A stretch of 62,876 nucleotides of DNA, taken from Gracilinanus agilis (lineage: Eukaryota). Position 1 is the first letter of the stretch. The number at the start of each line of letters is the position of its first letter. The translations under genes were made by a program, and so were the position numbers. Below the pieces are notes generated by a model. The model saw only the letters and a list, made by a program, of their open reading frames with translations, made no database searches and had not been told where the DNA came from. This document shows positions 25,292 to 38,100 of this stretch, piece after piece. The stretch is taken from assembly GCF_016433145.1 (NCBI RefSeq), contig NC_058134.1:286810073-286872948 (forward strand), in the 5' to 3' direction.

Positions 25292-26244
25292 AAATACTCG
25301 AGGACCGGTCTGGGAGACGGATTTATACAGGAGGGTAACACGAGGGGCATTTTTTTCTTTTTTGTTTTTCTCTTTTTTTTTTCCCTACTGGCTAAACAAA
25401 TTTCATTCATATTTCTTTCTCCTTTCAGTCCCCCCCCACACACCTTTTTTTTTTTTAATTTGGGATTGAAACATTGACGGCGCTAAACATAAATATAAAT
25501 ACAGAGACCACAAATACAGCTAAAAATATTCACACAGAAACTGTCACAGTTTGTTATATGCCATAATGACCCCCAAGGATTCTTTAAATAGGATTGGGCT
25601 ATGTTGGAAAATATGTCGGAGCTTCGGGGGGACTGAGCTGGGGTACTGGGATTGGAACTGGGACCGGCGGGGCTTGAAAGAGGGAGGAAGCTTTCTGCCC
25701 ACTCCAGCAGCCCCCATGGGTTGCTTAAGACCCTAGCAGTATCGCTAAGGCAAGGCCTCGCTGACTCACTCGCTTTTAGAGCCCCTCTCGCCCCTGGGGA
25801 TGCGGAGTAGGAAATAGGCGCCTTGTGGGTCGGCTCTTTGCTGCTGGGCCTTGGAGTGGGGCTTGGGGTGCAGGAGGGCGGAAGATCCAGTCCTCATTCA
25901 AAGTGAGCCCAATGGTGTCCGAATAGAGGTTCAGAGACCTAGGCCCCCAAGGCCGGCGGGATCAGGGAGGTGAAGGGAGAGGAGGCCGAAGAAAGGAAAG
26001 GAAAGGAGGGAGGGAGGCAAGGGAAGGAGGAGGAGGGGGGTGTTTGGGGAGAGGGAGCAGGGCGAGATCTGACTTGAAGGTCCACATTTGACTCCCTAGT
26101 CTTCCTGAGGGAGTCAAAATATAAATTGTGCCAGTGATAAATATAGGGTATGTGAGAAAGGAGGAGAGCAGAAGGTCTGGGGAGGAAGAGGAGAGGAGTG
26201 AACTGGGGAGTGGGGGGGGGGGTTTGGGGGAGGCGAGACAGTTT

Positions 26245-26586
<342 letters not shown>

Positions 26587-27358
26587 TTAGTAAGGGGGAA
26601 TGATCCTAATAATTCACCTAAGGGGGAAAAAAGTGTCCCTGTCCCGCCCAACTCCCTCAGCACCCTACTGTACCCCTGTCTCCTCTTCTCTGCCCCACCC
26701 CCACCTTTATTCCTCGAAGCCCCACAGCGGGGGGATACTTGGACCCCAGCTTCCTCCTAGGTCCCCCAATATAGGCAATGGGTATTGTCCCAGAGGTGAG
26801 AGGATTAAGAGGAGGGTGAAGTGCTATCAGGCTGAAGGAGAAAGTCTGCAGCCTAAGTTTAAAGGGGGGGGGGGTAGAAAGGAACCCCAATTGCTTAGGG
26901 GAGGGGGAAGAGAGGAGAACCCTCTAGGAGTGCATTTGACTTGATTTTCCCTACTTTCTTAGGGTCCCTCCGCTTCGCTCCCTCTCCTAGCCTTTAGAAA
27001 CTTCTCCCCCTCTCTTCTCCTCTCCCCTCCCCCTTCACTCTTCCACTCTGCCTGACTCCACTTTTAGGGGTTCCCCCAATCCTTCTCAGTCCCAGTTCCC
27101 AGCCCTAGCCTCACCTTTCCCTTAGCTCGCCTGCGACCCCTCCAATCCATCAGGGGAGAGGGAGCGAGGAAAGGGAAGGAGGAGGGGGGAAAAGGAGGAG
27201 AAGAGGGGGCCCTGTCTCGACGCCGGCGAGGAGAGAAACGTGATTGTTTTTATGGCGCTATAAAAAAAAAAAAACTCTCTCCGCCTGTTCTTCTAGGGAA
27301 GCTGCTCATAACGCCAGTTCACTTTATTTAATTTATATCTTGGAGCTGTAAAACTCAC

Positions 27359-27758
27359 CACTGTGCGAATTCATTCGCTGCATCCAGGGATAGATCTGGA
27401 TACTGGTTTTCTGGTCTTGGGGAGCAGTCCTGCTTTGCTCAGAGCTAAAGTCCTGGGCCATTGAGGTCTGTGTGTTGTGTGCTAAGGTGTTCTGCCTGCA
27501 ATTTGAGAGCATGTCTTTTTCCTGGTAAAAGGAATTAGATCCATAGTCATACGGCCCCCGGCTCGAACTGAACACGACATTCTCTTGTGGCGAATAAAAG
27601 GGAGACGAGTAGATCCGGTTCTGTGCCACCGCCGCTCCATAGGTCGAGAAATGTCTCACTGGATCATAGGCGGTGGAATTGAGGGCGACGTTGGGGAGAA
27701 CGTCCTGACCCCCGGCGAGATGGCACGATAAGGACGGGTTAGTGAAATAGGAATTCAT
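27359..27758 (-). CDS. HOXC6: Homeobox C6, coding exon 1 (400 nt)
   Basis: Translates as [41 protein letters not shown]...[14 protein letters not shown]. The donor reads AGT G|GTGAGT. Confidence 0.99.
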
Positions 27759-28685
27759 CCCTTCGCCTTTACNNNNNNNNNNNNNNNNNNNNNNNNNNNN
27801 NNNNNNNNNNNNNNNNNNNNNNNNNNNNNNNNNNNNNNNNNNNNNNNNNNNNNNNNNNNNNNNNNNNNNNNNNNNNNNNNNNNNNNNNNNNNNNNNNNNN
27901 NNNNGAAGCTAGATGTCAAGAAGGGGGAAAAAAATCGCTCCTGCTTCTGTTGATTCCCTAGTTGAGACTAAGTGTGTGCATTCAAAGTAAGACTTGGATT
28001 TCTTTTAATATATATTATATTAGTATATAATATATACTGGTGTAGGAAACCAGGTTTAGGGAGCAGAGGAAGGGGGAGGAGGGGCAAGGCAGGCCCTAGA
28101 GCCAGCCAGAGAGGGAGAAAATCCCCTCAGGAAAATCCTACAACCAGTGCTAACCCAGATTAAATTTGCCCAGAAGCTGGTCTGAAGGAATCAATGCATT
28201 TCCATCTGACTGTGTTATATGTATGGTCGCATCTTTTACCCTAAAATTGTTCCTGCTCCACTCAGGGATGAGCCCCTCAGTGGGCTGAGGAACACTAAGG
28301 CACCCACTCCTAGTTTCCTTGGCTCCCTCTGAGTGGGAGCTCAGACAAAATAGGATGGTTCTTTCTACTGTTTAAAGAGCAAAACATATCGGAGGAAAGA
28401 AATTCCATTAAATATAGTGGCCAGTGGAGAAAGAATGGGACTGAGAATCTTGAATGTGGAGTACATTTGGAGGAGCAATCCAAAGCCCACATAAGAGACT
28501 AGGGGAGCCCTCAACTTCACAGAGACAGTGAGAAGTTAGAGAGCTGAGCTGGAGTAAATGGGACCTGGATTGTGCCTGCTTCCCCAGGCTTCTCCTGGGG
28601 TCTACTCCTAAAAGCATTCTTCCTAAAAGGGAGAATTTTGTTTATAAAGTTTATAGGGTTGTTTTGTAGTGGTGTTGTTTTTATA

Positions 28686-28686
<1 letters not shown>

Positions 28687-28772
<86 letters not shown>
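28687..28772. repeat. (AG)n microsatellite upstream of HOXC6
   Basis: Read directly. Confidence 0.96.
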
Positions 28773-28775
<3 letters not shown>

Positions 28776-31700
28776 ATCTGAGGGGGTTTCTGGAGACATC
28801 AACTGTGTTTATGTTGGAGAGAATTTATGATATGGAGAGGGTTGGAGCTAGTGGGATAACTCACCGAAAATCAGCTAGGAATAATGTTCTTGGAGAATAT
28901 AAGATCTGTTGGGACTGAGGGACTCTCAGTCCCCAAATCTGAAGCTCTAAGTCCCCCTCTGGACCTGCTGCTTGTCAGTAGATAAGCACCCAAACTCTAG
29001 CTTCCAGGGTTTGGAATACAACCCAATAGGAAATACTCTCCCAAACTGAGAGGAATGTGGCACTTGGACCCATGTACCCTCTCAGCAACCTTCATCCCCC
29101 ATCTGTCCCTCTATTTTTTTTTTTTTAACCAACTTAGTGCATTGAGCAGAGGAAGGAAAGGAAAGGAGTCGATGGCTTCAGAAGGAACAGGAGTGGCAGA
29201 ACATACATAGCAGAAGGTGTTGTGATGAGGTTTCTCTTCTGTTGAAGTCAAACTTAATTCATTGTCTGCGACATAACCCAGAGATCCTTTGATTTGACAA
29301 AAGGGGGGCTGAGGCAGGGGGTGGGTTGAGGAAAAGAGCCCATATTTTTCTCCCTCTTTTTGGCTATAACAAGAACCCGGATGTCGAAGGATTTTATGAT
29401 CTTTTCCTTCTGTGTAACAAAGCGAAGTAATCAATGGGTAGCAATAAAGCCATAAACGGGACTACACTGGGAAAAAAACTCGTTAATTCATCTTCTATAA
29501 CATTAAGGTTTCCCTGGAGTGTCGCAGGGGGGAAAAATAAAGTTTGTAACCAAAAAGAAGACAGTGTGTCGTGGCTAAAGGAGAGAACATGTTAGTTAAC
29601 ATATGTACCTTGTTACTCGATTGACGTGTCTTCCTGTGAAGCAACTTGGGTTGCCTATTAAAAAAAAAATTTCATTCCCATTTCAGATAGTAGAGGCAGA
29701 TGATTAACTAGTATTTTTTCTGGGGGGGGAACCCTTCAATTGTTTAGGGATTTCCTCTTGGCCTTCAAGCTTTCTCACCACAGAGGTGGAGAAGAAAGGA
29801 GGGGTGGAGGAAGGATTATCAATTAAGAAAGAAATTTCGACATGTGTTATCTCATTTTTAATAACACACCAGCACACGCGTGTGTTGTGTTCCTCTCTCT
29901 AGTATCCAGCTGCCCCCGAATTCATGGCATGCCTAAGCAGTGGTTTGCAACAGCTGGCTTGGTCTCCAGGCTCCTGTAGGGTAGGAAAGGGCAGAGAGAG
30001 AAGGTGGGGAGGGAGGGGGAAACTAGAGAAGAGGCAGAAGACAGATTCTCGAACCCCTAGAATGTAAAGCCACATTTGGTGGGTCTCCCCACCTCCCTTC
30101 TGCTCGAAGAGTATCGGTGTAACAAGTAGAAGTGGCCGGAAGAGAGAGTAAATTCTTCCCCATTCCAGAGAGTGATTGCTAACAGAGATAAATCATGTCA
30201 ATGATATTTCCTTCAAGATATTAAATTGTTGCAATGTACAACAAATTGAATGATATAAGATTGGATGTCTTAATGAGGTTTCGTTTTCAATGAGTCTTGA
30301 TTTTTTTAATGTATTTTTTTAAATCTTCTCCTTTTATGGATGGGGACGGGGGAGGGAATCCTCGGAACCTTGAAAGGGCTTCTGGGGGAGCTCCGAGGTG
30401 AACCTCCCAGCCCGGATGCCTAGGTTTGCTCAGCCCCCACCTCACCCAACTCTAGATTTTGCCCAAGTCTAAAGAGGGTGTGGGGGAATCTCTGCATAGT
30501 AAAGAAGAACTCTTAGGGCCCTAGGTGCTGGCCGGCGGGGGTGGAAGACCTGAGCGATAAGAATGTAAGTCTCAGTCGTGGAAAGTTGTGTTTTATTACA
30601 TCCCTAAACAGAGGGCAAAGACTTAAAGGTCTGGTGGATTTATAATGAACAGAAAGCAGCTGCTGGGGGGGGGGAGGGAGTGGGAGCGATATGGAGAGAG
30701 GCATAAATGTTGGAATGGGGATAAAGGAAGGAAATTTTTAAATAAATACAAATAAATTCCTTACCACTTAACACTTGCAGGAATATTAATTTAAAAGCCC
30801 ATACCTCCCTCACCTTGGCTTCCTGAGGGACCAAGTCTCCCCCTTCCAATTACATCTCTAATTACACCACTGAATTTTGCTGGAGGGATTCACTCCGAGA
30901 GAGAGGGAGAGGTTTTGGCCTGAGTGGATGTTCTCCCCAATATGATTTTTTCTTTTTTTTCTTTTTCCTATTCCATTTCTAATTTTCTGGCAAAAGGAAA
31001 CCTGTCAATGGGGGGAGAGCTGGGATTTTGACTTTTTTTTTTCTCTCCATATTTATTTTTCCCCGTTAAATTTGTCTGAAAACAATTATGGAAACTCATC
31101 AGCAGAAGCAAGAACAGATGTTTTATTAAAACTGCAGCTCAGCTCTGTAAATATGCAGAAGTCCCGGAAAGAGAGGGGTGGGCGAAAGGAGGGGGGTGTT
31201 GGAATTGGCGATGGTGGGGGTGGGAATTTGCTCTTTGTTGCTACAAACCAGACTGGGAGAAATTATCAAATAACCTTCACCAGAAAGGATCCCCTTTCTC
31301 CCCCTTGCTCTCCCCTCTATCCTACTTCTCCCAAATAGGCGTTCACTGGGGAAATACGTGCAGAGTCGAACACATTCAAAGCTGGCTCCTTCTCCCCATG
31401 GTAATTAGCGGATTGATGAGCTGAGTTCAAAAAACCCAGAAAAGGGAAAAGAGAGAGAAAAATCTCTCACTTCCCCCTCCCCTCCCCTCCCCTCTCAACC
31501 CCCAAACCACATGCTTTCCATGATCACTAATTATAGGAGAGAAGCTAACTTCAGACGCCTGGGCCTGGAGATTGGTGAACAAGTCCCTTAGTCTGATCGG
31601 TAAATATGGCTGTTATGGGGATTAGGGGTGTCTTTCGGAGGCTGCGTTCAAGCTCACTCTAATTCGCTCTACTCTACCCCGATTTGCTCGACAGAAAGGT

Positions 31701-34700
31701 AGTTAACAGTGTTGAGCCTCTACTTAAATTGAGATCTGTCCCTGAGAAGGGGTTGGAAACACAAGAATCAGTTTTTTCGGGGTCAGAAGATCCACCCACC
31801 CCAAAGGGGATAATTCTTAGGCAGCGGACTTGGTTCTAGCCGTATCACTTCCCTAGTCGTTCGCCTTCGGTTTCTCTTTTTAATGAATAGGTACCTCCAC
31901 CCCCATCAGAAGGTCTGAAGCTAAGGGGTGCCGAGGCGTAAGGGGGGGTTGAGTGGGAGGGGGAGCAAGAGTCTTCTCAAGATAAACTCTGGAGCCTGTA
32001 TTTTATAGCCTTCCTCGACCCATCTCCACACCGTGTAACAATCTGCGACTGTAAATTCCCTAAGCACAGGCAGACAGACAGACGCGCACACACACACTCC
32101 CCTCCTCCGAGGGCCTCCTGCCGTAGCCTCAGAGTCTCTGCAAAACTGTATTGTGTCTCTCTCGACACTTGCTGCAGTAATGAGGGGGGTCAGCCTCTCT
32201 GCTTTTCATCCCGGATACCAAACAGGAGGTGCCCCTTTCTAACCTCCGAGCTGAGCCCCATTTCAAAACCGGCTCCCGTTAGGGCTTCAGGAGAAACGGG
32301 CCAGGTCTGTTTTTGTGCCACAGGGTTGGAGCTGAAATCCCTCTTCTAGAGAACGGTCCGGATCAATAATTGTTCAGGCCCATCTCAGCATTTCATTATT
32401 TGCTGAAGGCTCTGCTATTCTTGGCTCTCCTGGGGAGTTGGCTCTACTTGAATATGATTTGATTTTTTAAAAAGGAGATGAGGAAAAGGCCTACCAATGT
32501 GCCCTGAGTTCTGTACACAAACCCTTTTGATTCGGGCAGAGCGCTCAGAGAAAGATCGAAAAGATATTCTTCGGGTTGCAGCTGGGAATCAGGGACCTGA
32601 ACAGGAAGGGGACAAAAGTGGGACCTTGTGTCCTGATCCCCACATATTGGACTTTCATGAGCTTTAGAGTGGGGGAGTGGAATAAAAGAGAGCATTCCAA
32701 CCCTCCAGCTCGCCAATGTCCAGTTTGAAAAATTAAAATTCTCCTTTCTTTCCAGTGTTTAAGAAATGAGAAGGTAAACAGTGGTGGAACTTTGAAATCC
32801 CCAACTAAAAAATGGAGCCTTTCCCCCCTGATATTATCCAATTCAATTCCCCATCTCACCCATGTGTGAGGTGAGGATCTCCTGGAACTTGGTGGGGAGA
32901 GGGAGTAAAGGGAGAGGCTAAATTCTGGATCCTGTCAGAATACACAGGAAATCGGGAAACACCTCTGTGGCCCTCTCTAATTTACTCCTTATTTCAGGCA
33001 AAGGGGAGGAAAAAAGGATAGTCGTGGAGCTGTTTTTGCTTTATTTGCAATTAAACAGAGTAGGATTTAATGAAGGACCTCTCATACATAGTATGTAAAA
33101 TTTCCCCTCTGTCGGTACCCCAACCCCCTACTTCTCTGTCCAAGTTTCTCCCCTCTCTATAATCCCTTCCCCCAATCCAAAATCTGGAATCCTAGTTTCT
33201 GGACATTTTTAGTTCTCGAAGTTGGAGAATATAATAAAGCAGAGGATTTTCATCCCCTTCTTCACACACACAAACAAAACACACACACTTGTCCATGCTT
33301 CATAATCCCAAGCCCTGAAAATGACAACTCACTCCCCCGCTAGCTTGGCTTAGTCCTCTCTTCTTCTTTGCCCAATACATCTAAATATCCATGGGAGAAG
33401 GGGGGCAATATATTGAATCTACAAAAAGGAAACCTCATTATGAGACTCTGCTTCCTGCTTTGGGGGAGGGTAGCTCGAAGGCAGTGGAATTGCTGTGTAG
33501 GATCAGAGAGAATGGCCTTTCCATCCTAGTTACAGAGAAGGGGAAAATCACAGAGTATTTCCATTCCCAGACCTGAGAGAGGACACTGAAATGTGGAGAG
33601 AATTTGGGGGGGGGGTGATAGGTATTCTGCTCTTTGCCAACTTCCCTTCTGTCTCGCTACTCCCCTCCTCCTCTTCACCCCAGTATTCTCCCTCTGTCCC
33701 TGTGACTTTCACGACTTTCCTCGAATCCTAGTGTCGCCTGTGCCCATTTCAGGAGAGTTTATGGGAATTGTAAAATTCAAGAACCTGGCGTTTATGACGT
33801 CACAGTGAGTTGTCATGAGGAAATTGTAAATGTCGTAAAAGTTATATACAGCGGGAGTTTTGTGTGTGTGTTCCCTCCCTTCCTCCATTCCTCCTCCTAT
33901 TCTCCCCCCCACCCCTTTTCTCTTTTCTTTGGTCTAAGTTTTGCTGCTCGAAAATAAAATGTTATTACGTTCTGGAACGATAAGCCAACAATGAAGCATC
34001 GTCTTCATTTCCCTATAAATAATTTTATCCTTTATTGTTTGCAGACCTGAAAGAACCATTTAATCTGCGCTGGCAAAAGGGGGAGAGAGATGGGGAAGGG
34101 GGAAAATTAATTCCAGAAACGAGAATATTACTTACTTCGATGATGCTCTTTTAGATTTGATAGCTAGGAGCAAAATTAAAGGCGAGGAGCGAGCTCTCCG
34201 ACTCCACACCTGGCGAGATTGGAGATTTATAGGATCTTTAGCGAAGGGGCAATTTAATTTTGTAGGATTTGCTTAAATTCACTGCTATTTTGGGGGGCTG
34301 GGAAAAGAGGGGAGGGAGGGGAGAACGATACGCTTTATCTAGCTTTATGAATCCTCCGACATTACCCTGATTTAAAACTCAACAACCTGCATCTCAGGGA
34401 AAATTCCTGCCAAAAGAAATGGGGGAATGGGAGGGGGTAGAGAAATAAAACTTTCTCAATGACTAGATCCCGTTCCAGGGTTCGTTACTAGGGAAAAGAA
34501 AAGAAAGTGGGAATAGGGGAGTTTACTTCCCATCCCCTCTACCTCCCGTATACTCAGAGGTTTATTGTGTTCCAATAATTTCCTCAATCCTATAAATAGC
34601 TACCGCTTTTAGGGTGCCCGAGGTCTCACCTACTCCAAGGGAGGAACTGGGCCAGCCTGGGCCCTAAGGGGTGTGAGGGTCACCGAGGCACAAAGGTTCT

Positions 34701-34919
34701 CTGGAGCTGGCCGATGGTTTGGCGGGTTTCTAACACAGGGTGGCAGCAGACCAAACAAGTAAACAACACAGACACAATAAAAATGGGGCGGCTGCCAACA
34801 GCAGGGGAGGCAAGGCAGTTCTCAGTGTCAGCCGGATTGGGGTAGGGACCTTGGAGAGAGGAGACTTTCTTGGCCAGGGTCCCCCGAGTTCCTCATCGAA
34901 CCAAGGCCTGAAAACCAGT

Positions 34920-34923
<4 letters not shown>

Positions 34924-34982
<59 letters not shown>

Positions 34983-35088
34983 TATACACANNNNNNNNNN
35001 NNNNNNNNNNNNNNNNNNNNNNNNNNNNNNNNNNNNNNNNNNNNNNNNNNNNNNNNNNNNNNNNNNNNNNNNNNNNNNNNNNNNNNNN

Positions 35089-35131
<43 letters not shown>

Positions 35132-35177
35132 CTCTCTCTCTCCCCCTCTCTCCCTCTCTCTCCCTTTCTCTCTCTAA
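34924..35177. repeat. (CT)n microsatellite interrupted by the adapter and a 98-nt N-run
   Basis: Read directly. Confidence 0.93.
34975..34990 (+). other. Nextera/Tn5 mosaic-end adapter fragment (assembly artefact)
   Basis: CTGTCTCTTATACACA is the first 16 nt of the 19-nt CTGTCTCTTATACACATCT, joined to a (CT)n tract and abutting an N-run. Confidence 0.88.
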
Positions 35178-38100
35178 AGGAAACTCCTGACTCTGAAAGG
35201 AGCTCCTGAAACGAGTCTGAACATGATAGCCAGGGGGAGAAACAGGATTACCCAGGAAGCTGGGGGAGAAAAATCTTCCCCCTACAGCCAAACTGTGCCT
35301 TTATATGTTGGTTTTTCTTTTTTTAACTGAAATGTATAATTCTCTTTCCCCTTAGTCTCCCATAGTCCTTGAGGGGCTCCTTTTAGTATCCCAGTGCTCT
35401 GTCAAGGAGGGTGTCAAAGCCCACGATCCCCCATTTCTCTTTCAGCCTGGGATCCTAGAAATCTCTTGAGAGAGATAGGTCCCAGGCCCCGTTTCCCTAG
35501 CAGCTGGCCTCTCCTCCCTTGCTCTGGCCCTGGCACAGCCTCCCAGGGAGGGATTAAAATGGTATCCTCAGCAGTAACAAGATATTCGACTTTCAGCCCA
35601 GTTCCATAAATTCCCTAATCCTCCCCATTGCTACAGCAAATCTGGAGGAAGAAGATTTCTTTTCCTTCCATCCACTGGCTTCCTCCTCATCCACTGGCCT
35701 TCCTTGCCTATTTCAACTTCCATTCAAAGACACTGCCTACTGCCCCTAGCCAAAGAGCCTGAGTACCTCAGACCGAAAATCCCCTTCAGAGGAGTCTTTC
35801 CTGCCCTTATCAACACTATCTCAAGTAGCACCGACACTACCCCCACTGCCAACCCTCCAAAAAAGCAGGGATCTCCAAGAGGGGACGGCTGGGACTCCCA
35901 GTCAAGCTGGAATATTTGCCCAGGTTTCAGTTGAGAGGGCTTGCACCTCGACCCAGGAGAAAAGGAAAAGTTCAAAATATAATGGGGTTCACCAGGACCG
36001 AGAGGACCCTATAATTAATTCTATTTCTCCTTAGAAAATATTATCAGAGCTAGAAAATAATCCAGAAAGTATATGAGGAAGCAGACTATGTACAGGTATT
36101 TCTAAACACATGGGACAGCTGGACAGACCTCTATGTTAATATTCTGTCCGTGTGTGTTTAAACATATTAACTCATCTCTATACAACACACTATTTGTGAC
36201 ACATGAGCATCTCTCCATATGCCAAATATTCTGTTTGGAGGTTATGTGTAACAATACAATAATAATACAAATGAGAATACAAAATATAAGATACGACCAT
36301 AATGTAAAAATAAAAATATAGGCACAAGAATATAAGCATCAAAATTCATAATTATCCTTAGGCGAAATTCACACCTGCACACACACATATATGCTTGCAA
36401 TATTAATCAAACCACATGTAATCAAATTCCCTGATTAGAACAAAGCAACACATAAAATAATATCCAAATCACACATATGGATAACAATATAATATTCTCT
36501 TGGTGGGGGTGGAGGGGAGGGAGAGAAATTCTTCTCTTTACACAGCTCTGCACCAAAGAGAAGTTTTACAAATTCGAAGGAAAACGAACAGCCAGGATAA
36601 CAATAACTGTAGTCCCTGACTACACCAGGATGGCCTTGCTTGTAGTAAAATATTTCTATCAGCATGTGCAAGCATTTTATAATGAACCGAATATATGGAT
36701 GCCTATAAAAGAATGCCCAGTATTCTCTGAAACAGATACAAATGCATACAGGTTTCCACATACATTTAAATAAACGGTTTTCACTCACAAACTTAATGTG
36801 ATTTATCTGTATAGCGTTTGCTATTATATATTTGACATGAATCTATTCTCTAATTAATTTTTGCATCCTTTCCTCAAATTACCATCATAACACTATGTAT
36901 GTATATGCAGAGAAACAGAATAAATACACATCTGCACTATGTGGACGCTCTTTATGGCGACAAAGCACATTTAAGCCATGGAACCTGGATATTTAAGTGT
37001 TCCTGAATTAAAGGGGTGGGAGGATAATAGAAAAGGAGAGCAAAGAAGGGTTGATAGAAAAAAAGGCCTAGAGCGGTGGCGCGATCTCTGGTCCCGGGCT
37101 GGGCCAGAGTTTATACCCCTAGTTCAGAGGCCAAAGCAAGGGCCGAACAATCGCCGCAGTTGCCTCGATTTCCCAGCTCCCTCCCTCTCCACATCCAGCC
37201 TAGTGAGGATTGGGGGGGGGGTGGTGGTCTACGGAATGGCTGCGAGATAGGAAGGGGGAGGGAGGCTTGGAGCAGAGGAGAAAGGGTGGAGAGGAGGGAG
37301 GGAGGGACAGAGAAGAAAATCAATGGATTAAAAAAAAATTTCGGGATCATTCTGCCAACTGAGGGGAAAACCCACGCGGCCTTTTGAGTATCCTTTCTGC
37401 CCTTCTCTACGCCCCTCAAATCAGGGCACCAACCAAAACAACTCTCTGCAAGCACAAACCTACGACTTCAGCATATTCATCCAGATAGCAAGATAGCAAG
37501 ACAAAATCCAAAAGAGCTGGGAGGAACGTAATATACTCCACACACAACACGACCCCACTCCCTACCCCCGCCCCCAAGTGAGAGTTTTCTGGGTTCATTT
37601 TCCAGGTAAATTCCCATTTTCCCCAGTGGACTTCAGGTCCAAAGGGGTCACATTGCTTCAAAGAGACGCTTCTTCTCAGCCAGACAAAGCGAGATAGAGC
37701 TCCCCGTGTCTCACAAGATAGCAGCTCAAGATCCCCTTGTTGTAGACAGAGCCCCTACAAATAATAACAAACGAAAGCGAAAAACAGAGACGTCTCACCC
37801 GAACGCGGCTCCCACTTTAATCCTTGGGAAAGTCCTATTTTCTGTCCACCACCGTTGACCATTCCAGGTTCCCATCGTCTGCCAACCCTCAGCCCGAGCC
37901 CCAAGACTTCAGGGCTTTGGGGAGCGAAGCAGGGGACAGGGAATAGAAGGCGCGGCCTGAGTCCCCAGGGCGCGGCCAGCTTCTCTTACTCTGAGTCTGG
38001 GCGAAAGAGCCGGGGAAGGCAGCAGAGCTGCGGCCTCGGGCCCATTTGGAAAGAGCCTAGCCCTTTTCTTGCTCGTAAACAAGAAACGCGAAATTGGCCC

